From Piromyces finnis finn (taxonomy: Eukaryota; Fungi; Neocallimastigomycota), in contig MCFH01000001.1 in assembly GCA_002104945.1 (NCBI GenBank), forward strand, positions 558,001 to 622,000: a DNA stretch of 64,000 nt. The letters are read 5' to 3'. Shown here one piece after another: positions 29,973 to 42,900 of this stretch. Position 1 is the first letter of the stretch. Every line of letters begins with the position of its first letter. The position numbers and the translations under genes are program-made. The notes beneath the pieces are model-generated. The model was not told where the DNA came from. It did not search any database and saw only the letters and a list, made by a program, of their open reading frames with translations.

Positions 29973-32901
29973 ATGGAGACCCAAGAGATTGATAATCTGA
30001 AACAAGCTCTGAACAATAATTTAGATCAATTAGCTCAAAATCAAAAAAATTTACAGGAAATTTCAAATTATTTCCAAGGTTTATATTGTGGTCAGACAAC
30101 TATTGATTATGCATCTACAGCTGTACAAGCTAAACAATATGTTGTTCAAGGTTTAAATTTAATTTTATACCAACTTAATTGTTTAACAAAGGGTATTGGT
30201 GACTACATATTATATCAAACTGGTGTTTCAGAAAATATTGGTTTTGAATTGAATATAGTTAATCATGTAAATAATCTTATTAAAATATACAATTAATTAA
30301 TAAATTATTAACAATTGCTCTAAAAATATATTTTTGTTTTTTTTTTATAATTTTAAATATTTTATAAAAAATTAAAAAAAAATATCAATTTATGTAATAA
30401 TAAATAAAATATTTTTGGAATAAAAAGAGAGTTAATTCAGGTCATGAATTTTTTGGTCGAAAAACATTTAGTTTCCAAAAACAAGCAAAACCTAATCTAT
30501 TTGCAAAAACAACAACATTAGAAAGTAAATATGAGTTATTTCAGTACTTAGGCGTAATAAAATATATATAATAAATGTTATTTATTAATTATTTTAATTT
30601 TACTATTACTGAAATAATAATGTTTTTAGCAATTTATTATTTGACAACATCTAACTGAAAATAAAATTTTTATTATATACCTTTTCATATTTGATATTAA
30701 AAATTCTAAAAGTTCCACAAAAATCAGAAGAAAAGTATGAATTAAAACTTACAGAATTTGATAATATTGGTGTTAAATTGGAAATGCCAACAAATACATC
30801 TAATAGAAGAACAATATGTAGTGATATGGGAAGAACATCAATGCTTGGTACAATTGGACACTTATCTACGAATATTGGAAATCAAGGATTTGGTTCAATG
30901 TACAATTCCGCACCACCAACTATGCCAAAGTTAAGTGATGTTTTTTCTCAAAATAACACACCACTTTCAGCACCTCCACAATTGGTACCACCAACAATTC
31001 CATCTTTATCAACAATGACTCCCCCAGCACAATTGTCTATGCCAACCTCTGCTCCACCACAATTAAGTATGCCAGGACAAATTGGACAATCTTCTGTCCT
31101 ACCACCACCACCACAATTAAGTATGCCAGGACAAACTAGTCAATCTTCTGTCCCACCACCACCACCACAATTAAGTATGCCAGGACAAACTAGTCAATCT
31201 TCTGTCCCACCACCACCACCACAATTAAGTATGCCAGGACAAACTAGTCAATCTTCTGTCCCACCACCACCACCACAATTAGGTATGCCAGGACAAACTA
31301 GTCAATCTTCTGTCCCACCACCACCACCACAATTAGGTATGCCAGGACAAACTAGTCAATCTTCTGTCCCACCACCACCACCACAATTAGGTATGCCAGG
31401 ACAAACTAGTCAATCTTCTGTCCCACCACCACCACAATTAGGAATGCCAGCCAATCCTTCATCAAATTCATCAGTACCTCCACCTCCTGCAGGTGGTCCA
31501 CCACCACCACCTCCACCTGCTCCATCAACCACAGCTTCAGGTGGCCCACCACCTCCACCACCTCCAGCAACAACTGTTCAAAAACCTGCTCCATCGAATA
31601 ATATGTCATTAGCTGAACAAATTGCAGCTATGAGTTTGAAGAAACAACAACAAAGAAGCAATCAAGCTGAAGGTAAATTAAAAATTTTTTAGAAATAATT
31701 ATGAAATTCTTATATTAATATTTGCATATATATAAATATTTATTCTTGGTTGGATAATAGCTGAAACAAAGAAGCCTGAAGTAAAACCTGAACCTGTTAA
31801 AAACAATTCTGAACCTATGTCAATGGCAGATGCTTTACAAATGGCATTTAAAAAAAGACAACAACAAGGTTTTATTAATAATATATATAATTAGAAAATT
31901 AAAGAAAAAACAACAATAATATTAACATTAAAATTTAAATATTAATATATATAGCATCACCAATTTCTGAAAGTAATTCAGTACCATTAACTTCAAATCC
32001 ACCAGTTTCTACAAATTCTGGTGTTCCTCCTCCTCCACCAGCTCCATCAGGTTCAGGTGGACCACCACCACCACCTCCACCTCCACCAGCTGGTGGCCCA
32101 GCTCCACCTCAAGCTAGTGGAATTTCAGCAGCTTCAAAACCTGCCTCAAAACCTGCACCATCAAATAATATGTCATTAGCTGAACAAATTGCAGCTATGA
32201 GTTTGAAGAAACAACAACAAAGAAGCAATCAAGTTGAAGGTAAATTAAAAATTTTAGAAAAAAAATTATGAAATTCTTATATTAATGTTTACATATAATT
32301 AATATTTATTTTTGGTTGAATAATAGATGAAATAAAGAAGCCTGAAGCAAAACCTGAACCTGTTAAAAATAATCCTGAACCTATGTCAATGGCAGATGCT
32401 TTACAAATGGCATTTAAAAAGAGAGGTTAGAATTAATATAATATAAATTTTAAATTAATTTTTATTTTGATATAAATATTTAAAAATTATATTAAATTTA
32501 ATAAATTTAAAGCTGCAAAAGCTTCAAGTTCAGAAGAAGAAAAGAAAGAAGAACCAAAACCTACTGAAGAACAAAAATCAATTGAAGAGTCAAAACCAAT
32601 TGAAGAATCAAAAACAGTTGAAGAATCAAAACCAGTTGAAGAATCAAAACCAGTTGAAGAACAAAATCCAGAATCAGTTGTTGAATCAACTCCTCAAGTT
32701 ACTAATGAAGTAGAATATGGTGACCTTGTAATCGTTTTATATGACTTCAAGGGAAGCAATCCAGATGAAATTGATATTACTACAGGTGAATACTTAAGAG
32801 TCACCAATTGGGATATTGGTGAAGGATGGGTATATGGTTACCGTCAAGGTAACATGGAACAAGTAGGATCTTTTCCAAAAGCATATGTTAAACGTGCTTA
32901 A
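29973..32901 (+). CDS. ABI: Abl-interactor (Abi)-family SCAR/WAVE complex subunit homolog with proline-rich region and C-terminal SH3, 7 exons (29973-30266, 30428-30524, 30713-31672, 31761-31868, 31955-32239, 32327-32425, 32513-32901)
   Basis: The N-terminus NLQEISNYFQGLY...AKQYVVQGLNLILYQLN matches the Abi pattern NLxxVAxYCExxY...TKxYTTQSLASVAYQIN. LKLTEFDNIGVKL resembles the Abi homeodomain-homologous region. SH3: IVLYDFKGSNPDEIDITTGEYLRVTNWDIGEGWVYG...GSFPKAYV. All junctions are GT-AG and in frame. Confidence 0.8.
31051..31450 (+). repeat. 54-bp coding tandem repeat (PPPPPQL[S/G]MPGQTSQSSV), 7 copies plus a partial copy
   Basis: Near-identical nucleotide units within Abi exon 3. Confidence 0.95.
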
Positions 32902-33346
32902 TATATTAATATTATTAAATTAAATATTTATATAAAAATGTATATCTAATTTATAATGTTATAAAAATGTTAAATATTTAAAAAACTAATATTTAACAAC
33001 TATTTTAAAATGTATTATAAATATTATTAAATAAAGATTTTATTTTTAAAATAACTATGATATTATATATATAATTATATAAATAACATGAAATTCTGTA
33101 TATCTAATTTATAATGTTATAAAAGTAATATTAAATTTTAATACTTAATTATTTATTTTTGTATTATATTTATCTTGCATATATGCATTTTTAATAATTA
33201 ATTAATAAATAATGTGTATCAACTATTATCTATTATTAACAATATTAATATAGGCATGTTCTAATGAACATTGACCAAAACTATATTCTTTTATAATATT
33301 AATATTTTTAGCTTTTTCTAATTTATGAAAAATATTTGTAATATTT

Positions 33347-35600
33347 TTAATTGATATATGATTTTAGTTGATAATCTTTTATATCATCTAGTTCAAATAA
33401 ATTATTTTCAATAACAATTTTATTTTCAAGTGTATAAGCACTTTCTGTATATCCTAAAATATAGTAATCATTAAATATTATTTTTGTATTTTGTGGAGTA
33501 TCAATCCATGCTAATTCACCCTTTTTCATAATTACAATTCTATTACATAAATATTCAGCTTCTTCTGTTGAATGTGTTGTCATAATCGTGGTAATATGCT
33601 TTTTTTGTTTAAATTCTTTAATTAAATCCCATATATATCTTCTCGTAAATGGATCAATACCAGTTGTCGGTTCATCTAATAATAAATATTTTGGAGAAGC
33701 ACATAAAGAAATAATTAAGGAAAGTTTTCGTTTTGTTTCACTGTTAATATCACAAGCTTTTTTATTAACATATTTTTCAATTCCACAGTAATCTATTAGT
33801 AATGAAATAATCTCATTCATATCACTCTTTGAATAACCACATATACTATAATAAAATTCAATATGTTCTTTAACAGTTAAAACATTCCATAATTAATCAA
33901 ATTGAGAACAAAAACCGATCCCTACATCGAATAATTTTTTATTTTTAAGACTGTCGTTTCTATATATAACTTCATCTGTTGTTGAATTTATAATACATGA
34001 AATAATTGATATTAATGTTGTTTTTCCTGCACCATTTGGTCCTAAAAGACCTAAACATTCACCATAATTAACCCCAAAGGTTAAATCATTAATAACTCTT
34101 TTATATTATTTCCCACTTTTTTAATCTTTAATATTCTTTCTTCATTTTTATTTAAATTATTATCATTTTGAAGAGTTTCTATCTCTATTATTATTTTTAT
34201 TATATTGATAATCTTTTCTTATTTCATGAATTTTTAATGATACTGTTTTATATTCTTCACTATCTGTTTGTTGAATACTTTTATCTATTCTCTTCCATTC
34301 AAACAAAACATCAACGGGTCTATTATTTATTATTTCATTTCGTTTGCTAAGATCTTCAGATTTCCATTTTTTAGTAGCCTTTTTTTTGTTGTATTTATAA
34401 TTTTCAATAATATATAAAATAACTAGATAGACAATGCTTGAAATTATTAATATCAATATAAAATAATAAAGATTATATTTTGATGTGAAAAATTCAAAGA
34501 AATTAGGATATGAAAATTTTTTAAATGCTTTATTATAGAGTTAATTATAAATGTCATCATTTTTATGTTATTCTAATTATTTATATTATTCACTATTCAA
34601 AAATCTTATTATCATTTTGATATATTTTAATCGTTGTTATTATTACAGTTTTAAATAATATCTAGAAAATATATTTTATATAATTAATGATTAATTATAT
34701 AGGATAGGAGAATACTTAATTAACTTTTGAAAAAATAGTTTATTAAATATTGATATAATAAACAATTAATCAACCATAATATTATTATTAACTATGTAAA
34801 TGGTAATCCTTTATAATAAAATATCGACATATCCGTAGCAATACCAAATACTGAAATTAGTAATATAGATGAAAAAACACAAAAAATATCACTGAAAATG
34901 ACACTAAGTCAATAATTAGTAGTTTTCTTTCCATTTAGATGTAATTGGTGAGTAATATTTTCTTCTTTTTCCTTAACCACAGAAGGACCATAAAGTGAAA
35001 TTAATAATGAAAGCATAACACCAATTTCTGTAACAATAATTGTTTCTATTATAAGATTAAAATAATATTGATATATACTATTATCGTTATCATTTCCTTT
35101 ATAATAATTTTCTTCAAAAAATGAAAGTTTGCTTTAATTTTCAAATCATTATTATAATTTTAAAGAATTGCATTGCTCATAAGATTTACAGTTATTGGTA
35201 TAGAATAGATAAAGTCATCATTATGAAATAATGTAATATTGAACGAATTACTACTTATATATCCTTGAAATCCACCAAGATATTTATTTTTATTATCAGT
35301 CATATTGGAAGTTAATGATAATTCTTTTTCATAATTTATTGTTATATAAATTAAAGTGTTAGCATTGTCATTTTTTTTAACAATGTCTAAACCGTAGCTA
35401 TCTGAATTTGATTCTATAAACCATTTAGTTTCATCATAAATGTCTGGGGATATTTTTATATGCTTTAACTGTTGGTTTATAATATTGAACTATAATATAT
35501 TTACCAATTAGTAAACAAGCAATAGTTATTACAATAGGAAAAATAACGGTAATAAAAATCACAGAATTACAAAGAAAGTACTTTTAATATCTGGATTTAC
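33347..35600 (-). pseudogene. ABCA-subfamily ABC transporter pseudogene (TMD plus NBD)
   Basis: Walker A GLLGPNGAGKTT and Walker B LLLDEPTTGIDP are present. Lesions: in-frame TAA in CSQFD*LW (33893-33895), TGA in VKEKEE...LNG...NY*L (34909-34911), further stops in the TMD, a frameshifted segment near 34100-34190, and a signature motif eroded to INSETKRKLS. Confidence 0.85.
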
Positions 35601-36139
35601 TTTAGTTTTTTATTTTAAAAAAAAATTAAAAAAAATATATATATACGTATCAATAGTTTTTAATACTTAAAACATATGATGAAAAATAACAAAGTTCAAC
35701 TAAAAATATTGTTATGGAGAAATTTATTTAATTTATACAAGAAATATTTTAAAAGGACAATTGATTTTAAAGTTTTATTAAAAAGTTTTTCCACTTTTAT
35801 ATGCTTTAAATAAATGTGCATAAGGTTAAAAAAGTATTATTATTATTATTATTTTTTTTTTTTGATATAGATATGATTAAAAAGATTGATAAATATTCTT
35901 TTTTTTTTATTTATTTATTTTAATAACATTAAAATATTATTTTATAATAAGCATTTATTTAGAAATATACAATAAAAGATTGCTATAAATGATATTATTA
36001 ATCAAAATTATTTGAATTTGAATTTTGAAAATTACAAGAACAATTTTATTATATGTCAAAATTTAATTAAAATATTTAATTTTATATAATTTCATTATTA
36101 GTTTACTTTTACTTTTATATTTTATTATATCTATAAAAC

Positions 36140-36176
<37 letters not shown>

Positions 36177-36341
36177 TTTAAATATAATCCAACATTAATT
36201 TATCATATGGTATTATGAAAATCAAAAAAAAAAAAAAAAAAAAAGCCTAAAAAATATTTATTTAAAACAAGTAAACAAGTTTATTATTTTTAAATTATAT
36301 TATATATATCATAATTATAATTATAATTTTTTTATTATTTA

Positions 36342-36385
<44 letters not shown>

Positions 36386-36396
36386 TTCGTTCATGA

Positions 36397-38725
36397 TTAA
36401 TTTTTATTTGCAAATTTAACCCATTCGTTTAATAAATTCTTTTTAGATGATAATTTTGGTTTAGCATTAACAAAATGTTTAGATATATCTAATTTTTCTG
36501 TAGTTAAATTATTATTATTTTCTTTATCAAAATATATAATTGTAACAGTCATATCGTCACGATAATTACGGCATTTAGGACTTGGAATAGATAAAAGATC
36601 AGATATATATTTATCATCTGAACCTCCTAAAGCATTTCTTATTACATGAGTGGCAGAATTAGAATCAGTCAAAATGGCAGGAACTTTTCTTTCTGATATT
36701 ATTAAGTTGTTTCTATCCTTCTTCATTTCTTCATTAGTCTTCTTTTGAATTAATAAAGAAGGTGGTAATTTTGTTTCATTAATTAGTTTTTTGTGAGTAC
36801 TCTTTTTTCTTTCTTCTAAATGTTGAGAAACTAAATTTACTACATCTTCATTTGAAAGTTCATCCCAAATACCATCAGAAGCCATAACTAAAAATTTATC
36901 TTCCTTAGTTATTGGGTGACAAGTAACTACTGGTTCAGCAGTGATGTATGGTGGTGTATAATAAAATGGTAAAGGTCTACGACTAATAAATTTTGGTATG
37001 ACAATTGATTTTTGAATCTTACTATTCCATTTATATCTTGAATCACTATGATAAATTAAAAATATTAAATATATATAAGATAATAAATAATTGAAGTTTA
37101 ACTTTCAAGCAAATAGAAATTTATGCATATAAATACATACCCAAAAGTACGGGTTGGCATTAAACCACCCAAGACACGGTTTCTAATAAACATTGTTTCT
37201 TCTTCATTTGGATGTTCTTTCTTCATACGTTGAACTTCCAATTCATTACGTAATGTTTGGTCAACAGAAAGAGGAACAGCTTCATATATGAATTCATTAT
37301 CACAGTATTCATTTTCGTCACATTTTGGGTTCTTGATCTTACGTCCAAGAACAGCACGACTATCACCAGTACAAGCAACATATAAATCATCAGTTTCATT
37401 ATCAACAACAGCAACTAAAGCACATGCACCAGATAATGCTGTCATCATTTGTTTTTTGACTATTTTCTCGTCATTTAGTGGAGAAGTGTAGATTTTTCCA
37501 ATATCTTCTTCATTACTTTCATCTATTTCATCAGCTTCAAATTTAATATTACCTTGAACAATGTCATTATCAAGGTTAACGAAGGCTTTTTTAATTGCTT
37601 CTGACATTTTACGTACTCTTTCCTCAATTTTTATTTTTCTTTTATTTTGAGTAGTACTATCATTTTCTAAATTTTCTGGAATTTTTGGAAGTTTAGTTTT
37701 TTCTAATGTACTAGCAATATAATTATGAAGTTGACTTGCAACAACTTTACCACATTCTGTTCCTGAATGACCATCATATACACCAAAAATTAATTTATCT
37801 TTATAATATGCTTGGGTATGCTGGTCCTCAATTGGGTTATTTGAATTAACAAAGTTATTTTCATAACTATATATGAAATATTAAAAAATATTAATAACAT
37901 TATAATAACATATAACATTTTAAAAATATTTTATTTTTTTTTAATTTTATTAAAAACATACCCAATTACAGAACTTTTAATTTCTTGTGGTTCTGTTTTT
38001 GATTTTTTATCTGTTGATTCATTATTATTATCATTTTCTTCATTAACATTTTTATTTTTTTCTTCTTCTTTTATTTCATTTGAAAATGTAGTAAATTCAT
38101 TTTTTCTTAAAAAACGAGTAATCATTGCTGGTGTAAGTTCAGGTTCATCAGGATCTGGTACATCTGAATCATCATCATTTAATACTTTATTTCCACCAAC
38201 TTTTGATAACTTTTGTTCACGATATAAACGTCGGAATTCATCTAAAGCATCAAATAATGCATGAGCTAAAAATGAACCTGCTGAAGCACCTACTATAAAA
38301 AATACAAAAGAAATGACTGGATTTGGTTTGTGTTCTTTTTTTTTATTATTTTTATTTTCTTTCTTACTATTTGAATTTTTGGAAGTTTCTGAGTTTGGAT
38401 TTTCATTAACATTTTTATTTTCATTATTATTAGGATTTTCGGAAGGCGTTGAATAATATTTTTTTGAAATATTATTATATTTATATAAAAATAATTTAGA
38501 TAAATCTAAAGAAGAAGGTGGTATACTTTTTAAAGAATCATTTTTAATACGATTATTAAATAATAAAGATTTTGTATTTAAATTAGTAGTTAAATTTTTC
38601 TTTTGTTGAAATCTTAAGGGATTAATTAAATTATTATTTATTTGAGAATTTAAATTAACAGTACTATTTAGATAATTCCATTTAGAATTTAAATTTAAAT
38701 GTTGAATTATGGACTGTCCATTCAT
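36397..38725 (-). CDS. PTC5: PP2C phosphatase of the pyruvate dehydrogenase phosphatase (PDP1/Ptc5) type, 3 exons (37962-38725, 37141-37866, 36397-37045)
   Basis: NSNNPIEDQH, IFGVYDGHSG, GACALVA, LYVACTGDSRAVLG, RVLGGLMPTRTFG|DSRYKW, TPPYITAEPVVT, FLVMASDGIWDELSNE, NSATHVIRNALGG and YRDDMTVTIIYF. The N-terminal presequence-like region is followed by a hydrophobic segment. Confidence 0.9.
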
Positions 38726-39990
38726 TTTGTAATTAATAATTATTACTATACAAAATAAATAAATTGTTTTTTTTTTATATTTTAAAAAAATAAATGTATG
38801 CTTTTTTATTTAATTCTTTTATTATAATTTTATTATTTTTTATTTTTCTTTATACTTTATTTATTTCTTTTCTATTGTATGATTAGTTTTATGCTACCCT
38901 ATAATAAAAAAAAAAAAAAAAAAGTACATTAAATTAAAATTATATATTAAATATTTTATAAATTTTAAAAAATAAAAAATATTATTTTTATATATATTTT
39001 ATATATATAATATATAATATATATGAAATTTTTAAATTAAAATAATTATAAAGCATCTGTAATAGCTGTCTTTTACCACTTTTCTATTACAATAGAAACT
39101 AATGATAATAATATTATTGTTTAATTACAAAAATTAATAATACTATTTTTTTTAATAATTTCATGCTTATATCATTGTTTCAATATTCAACTCAATTTCA
39201 ATTAACATTAAACATATAATTAGTAATGGAAGATATAACAAATAAAACTGACTATATAATTTTTTACATCTATAATATATAATGTAAATTATTAGGTAAG
39301 GTTATTATTATATAACTATTTAAAAAAAAAATAATTCTTCATTTCGATAATAGCATCCGTTAAGTCATTTACTATTTTAATCTACTGTTTTTATCTACTT
39401 ATTAATATATTTATTTTTTTTTTTAACATTATTTTATAAAAAAATATTTTTTTTTTGTTAGTGCATCATAATATAGATGTAGATAGATAGTGCTGTAAAG
39501 AAAGTTCTATAAAATGAAATAAAAATACAAATTAATTTACTTTATTAAACTTAAAATAAAATATAAATAGCAACACTTGCAATTGAGTATAAATAATTCT
39601 GGTCCTTTATTAAATATTCATGAAAAACTTTAATTAGTTATTATTTAATTCAGATTCTTATAAATACTTTCATTTTTCTTTTAATTTACGCATGTTTATT
39701 GAATTCATTCTTTTTTTTTTTACAATATTATTTATAATGATATTATTATTATTATTTATATTATTTTTATTATTAAGGATGTATTCAACCGTTATTAATT
39801 AGTGTAAATCAATTTTTTTTTTTTTTTTTATTTTAAAATCTTCTTTTTAATTTTTTTATTTTTTCATTTTTCATTTATTCATTTTTTTTTATTTTAATAT
39901 TAATAGTATTTATTATATTTTGGTTATGCTATTGATTTATTATTTACAATAAGAATATCTTTTAATTTTTTTTTATTAATATCATTAAAA

Positions 39991-42900
39991 TTAAATCTCC
40001 CATGATGCAATAAGTTCACTTTCTTTTACATTATCCAAAAATGGTATATCGATACTTGAAATCATTGTATCACCACATAAAGGACATTCACTAGTAACCA
40101 ATTCTTGTAGTTCATCCTATATGAAATGAATATATTAATATATTTAAAATAAAATATTAATTTCAAATTTTATTTATATATAATAGGTAAAAAAAAAAAA
40201 AAAAAAAAAAAAGAAATCCATAAATATACCTTTAATTTATCTAATTTTTTTGCATTATAAGCAGACTCCTTTTCTTCATCAGATCTACCACCTGATTTTA
40301 TTAAATTAAATACGCCTAAACCAGATGAATTATTGGCATTATCATCATCGTCATCACTATTATCATTCATTAAAAAGTCCATACCATTACTATTAAGTTT
40401 TTTACTAATTTCATTGATTTGTTCATATAACATTTTAATTCTTTTATTTCTTCGGATTGGTGATGATTTTAATAACTGAAGATAATTATTTATTATTAAA
40501 AAATATAATTTAGTATGGTATACCCAATAATATTTTAAAATAAATTATAAATAACTTACTGAATTTAATAAACAATCTGCATGGAATAAATGTTGGCATG
40601 GGAATATATAGAATTGACGAGTTAATAAAGTTTTGTTACAAATTCTACATAATTCATTAACAGGTATTATTGTATGCCTTGATATATTTTTAATGATTTA
40701 ATAAAAAAATTTTTTTTTTGTTATTAATATTTTAATATTAATATAATTATTAAAGCTTCTTTTAAAAACATACTTATTTTTTAATTCTCTAATATCAAAA
40801 CGAATATCCTCTGCACTTTTCGTTGCTTCATCCATTTCTTTCTTTAATTCATCAATATGAACGTTATATTCTTCTAAAGTTTCACAGATTTCATCCTTAT
40901 TTAAAAAAAAAAAAAAAAAGTTAAGAAATCAACGTTTTTTTTATAAAAATAAAATGATATATTATATTAATAATTAATAATGATTTTATGATTTTATAAT
41001 CCATAAATACCTTAAAATCTTCAATTAATACAAAATCAGGGAAGTATGGTAAAATATCAGATATTTTCAATAATTCACAGCTTTTTAATAATTGTAAAGC
41101 CCTATTATTAATTTTAATATTAAATTTTATATACATGATTATTTATTATACAGAAAAATATGAGTATATTTCGAAAATTAAATATATTATGGTAAATAAT
41201 AATAAATTATAAATTGTTAAAATTTACATTTTAATATCTTTATTTTCTTCAATAACATATTTAACAATATTAATCCAAAGTTTTTTTCTTAATATGTCGT
41301 TATCTTCAACTTTATCAGCGTTATACTTGGCCAAGTCAATATCATTATGCTGAAATTTTGATTATAAAACATATTATATATAAACATTAATATATTTTTA
41401 TATTATTAAAAATTAAATAATAATACTAATTAATAGAAATTATACCTTCAATGCTAAATTAACAGCTTGTTCATAAAGTCTCATTTCACTATATAAATAA
41501 ACACATGCATGAATAATTCTATTTTGTGTACAAATTCTTAATGCGTATTGTAAATCATAATAGGCTGGTCTATTCTAAAAGGTTTTAGTAAATTTATATT
41601 ATTTATATTTATAAATATTAATCATCATTGTTTCTACTGTTTTTTTTTTTTATTTTATTTTTTTACTTTTTATTAATTTATATAAAGAAACTTACTTCAT
41701 GCATAAGAAATTCTAGTAATTCAGCACAATCTTCATTTGTTGCTTGTTTAGCATATAGAAATAGCAAATAATTATGTATAGTCATATCTGTGTTATGAAG
41801 ATTTTGAATAACATAATTTAAATATCTAATGGCTTGGTTCTATTTTTTAAATAGATAATATATAAAAATATAAATAGATTTGAATTATTAATTTGCTTAT
41901 TTTTTATTATATTATTATATCATTTATTATGAATAATATCGAATTTTAATCAATAATTGTCTACCTTTCCTTCAATTCCTTCTTTTCCAAAACTTTTTTT
42001 AGGATCATATTTTAATAAAGAAGGAATCAAATGTCTTGGATTAAGTTTTGGTTCATGGATCCACATATTTACGGTTTCATAGGGCATACACTCCATTAAT
42101 ACAGGTGAAAACTTATAGTATAAATCTAGATTGCTCTATTTTAAATTTATATATAAAATTAAAACTTAATAAATGGTATTCTTAAATTATATAAATGCAT
42201 TATACTTTATTATAAAAAAAAAAAAAAAAGAAAGAAAAAAAATAATTTTTACTTGCTTATTTAATATACTAATAACTTTTTCGTAGTTTTTTTCTTGAAG
42301 ATAGTAAACTAGCATACGTTCATAATCTTTTACTAACTCAGCAAACATTAAAAGTTCTTCCATTCTTCCATGACTAGAAATTATTTGATATATTGCTTTT
42401 TTATCTAAATAATTCTTTAAAATAAAAATATATATATATATAAATATTAATTGACATTATGCTTAATATTGAAATTTTGTATATATAAATTTAATATTTA
42501 CTTTATTAGCATGCATAAATGACTTGAATTCATCTTGAATCATTTTTTTATCTTCTTCCATTCTTTCAATTTGATTTTTTGCATTTGCCAATTTCTCTTC
42601 AGAAGAATCTGATAATTTCTTTAGTGTTTCATAAGCCAAATTTTCATCCTCTATTTTGTTACTTATTTGATTTATTTTATTTATAAATATTTCAACAAGC
42701 CATGTACATATGAGAGTTTTTTGTATTCCATCCTAAATATTAATAATAGTTTTTATATAAAAATGATATAATATTTTAATATAATAGAAAATTAAATATT
42801 TTATTTATTAACCTAAATTTTTTTTCTTAAAAAAAAAAAAAAATAAATAAAATAAAATAAAACTAACTTGATTCTTTAATTTTTCTAATTTTCTTATTAA

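Noticed and set aside
32939-33125. About 28-bp direct repeat TGTATATCTAATTTATAATGTTATAAAA next to the ABCA pseudogene
   Set aside because: Both copies lie on the same side of the pseudogene, so they are not an insertion footprint. Probably a local AT-rich duplication.
33893-34911. Stop-codon reassignment or readthrough as an explanation for the ABCA in-frame stops
   Set aside because: TAA, TAG and TGA all occur alongside frameshifts, and neighbouring genes use these codons as normal terminators.
39040-39720. Possible small spliced gene between PTC5 and VPS18
   Set aside because: There are a few GC-richer patches and splice-like signals, but no consistent multi-exon ORF could be built on either strand.
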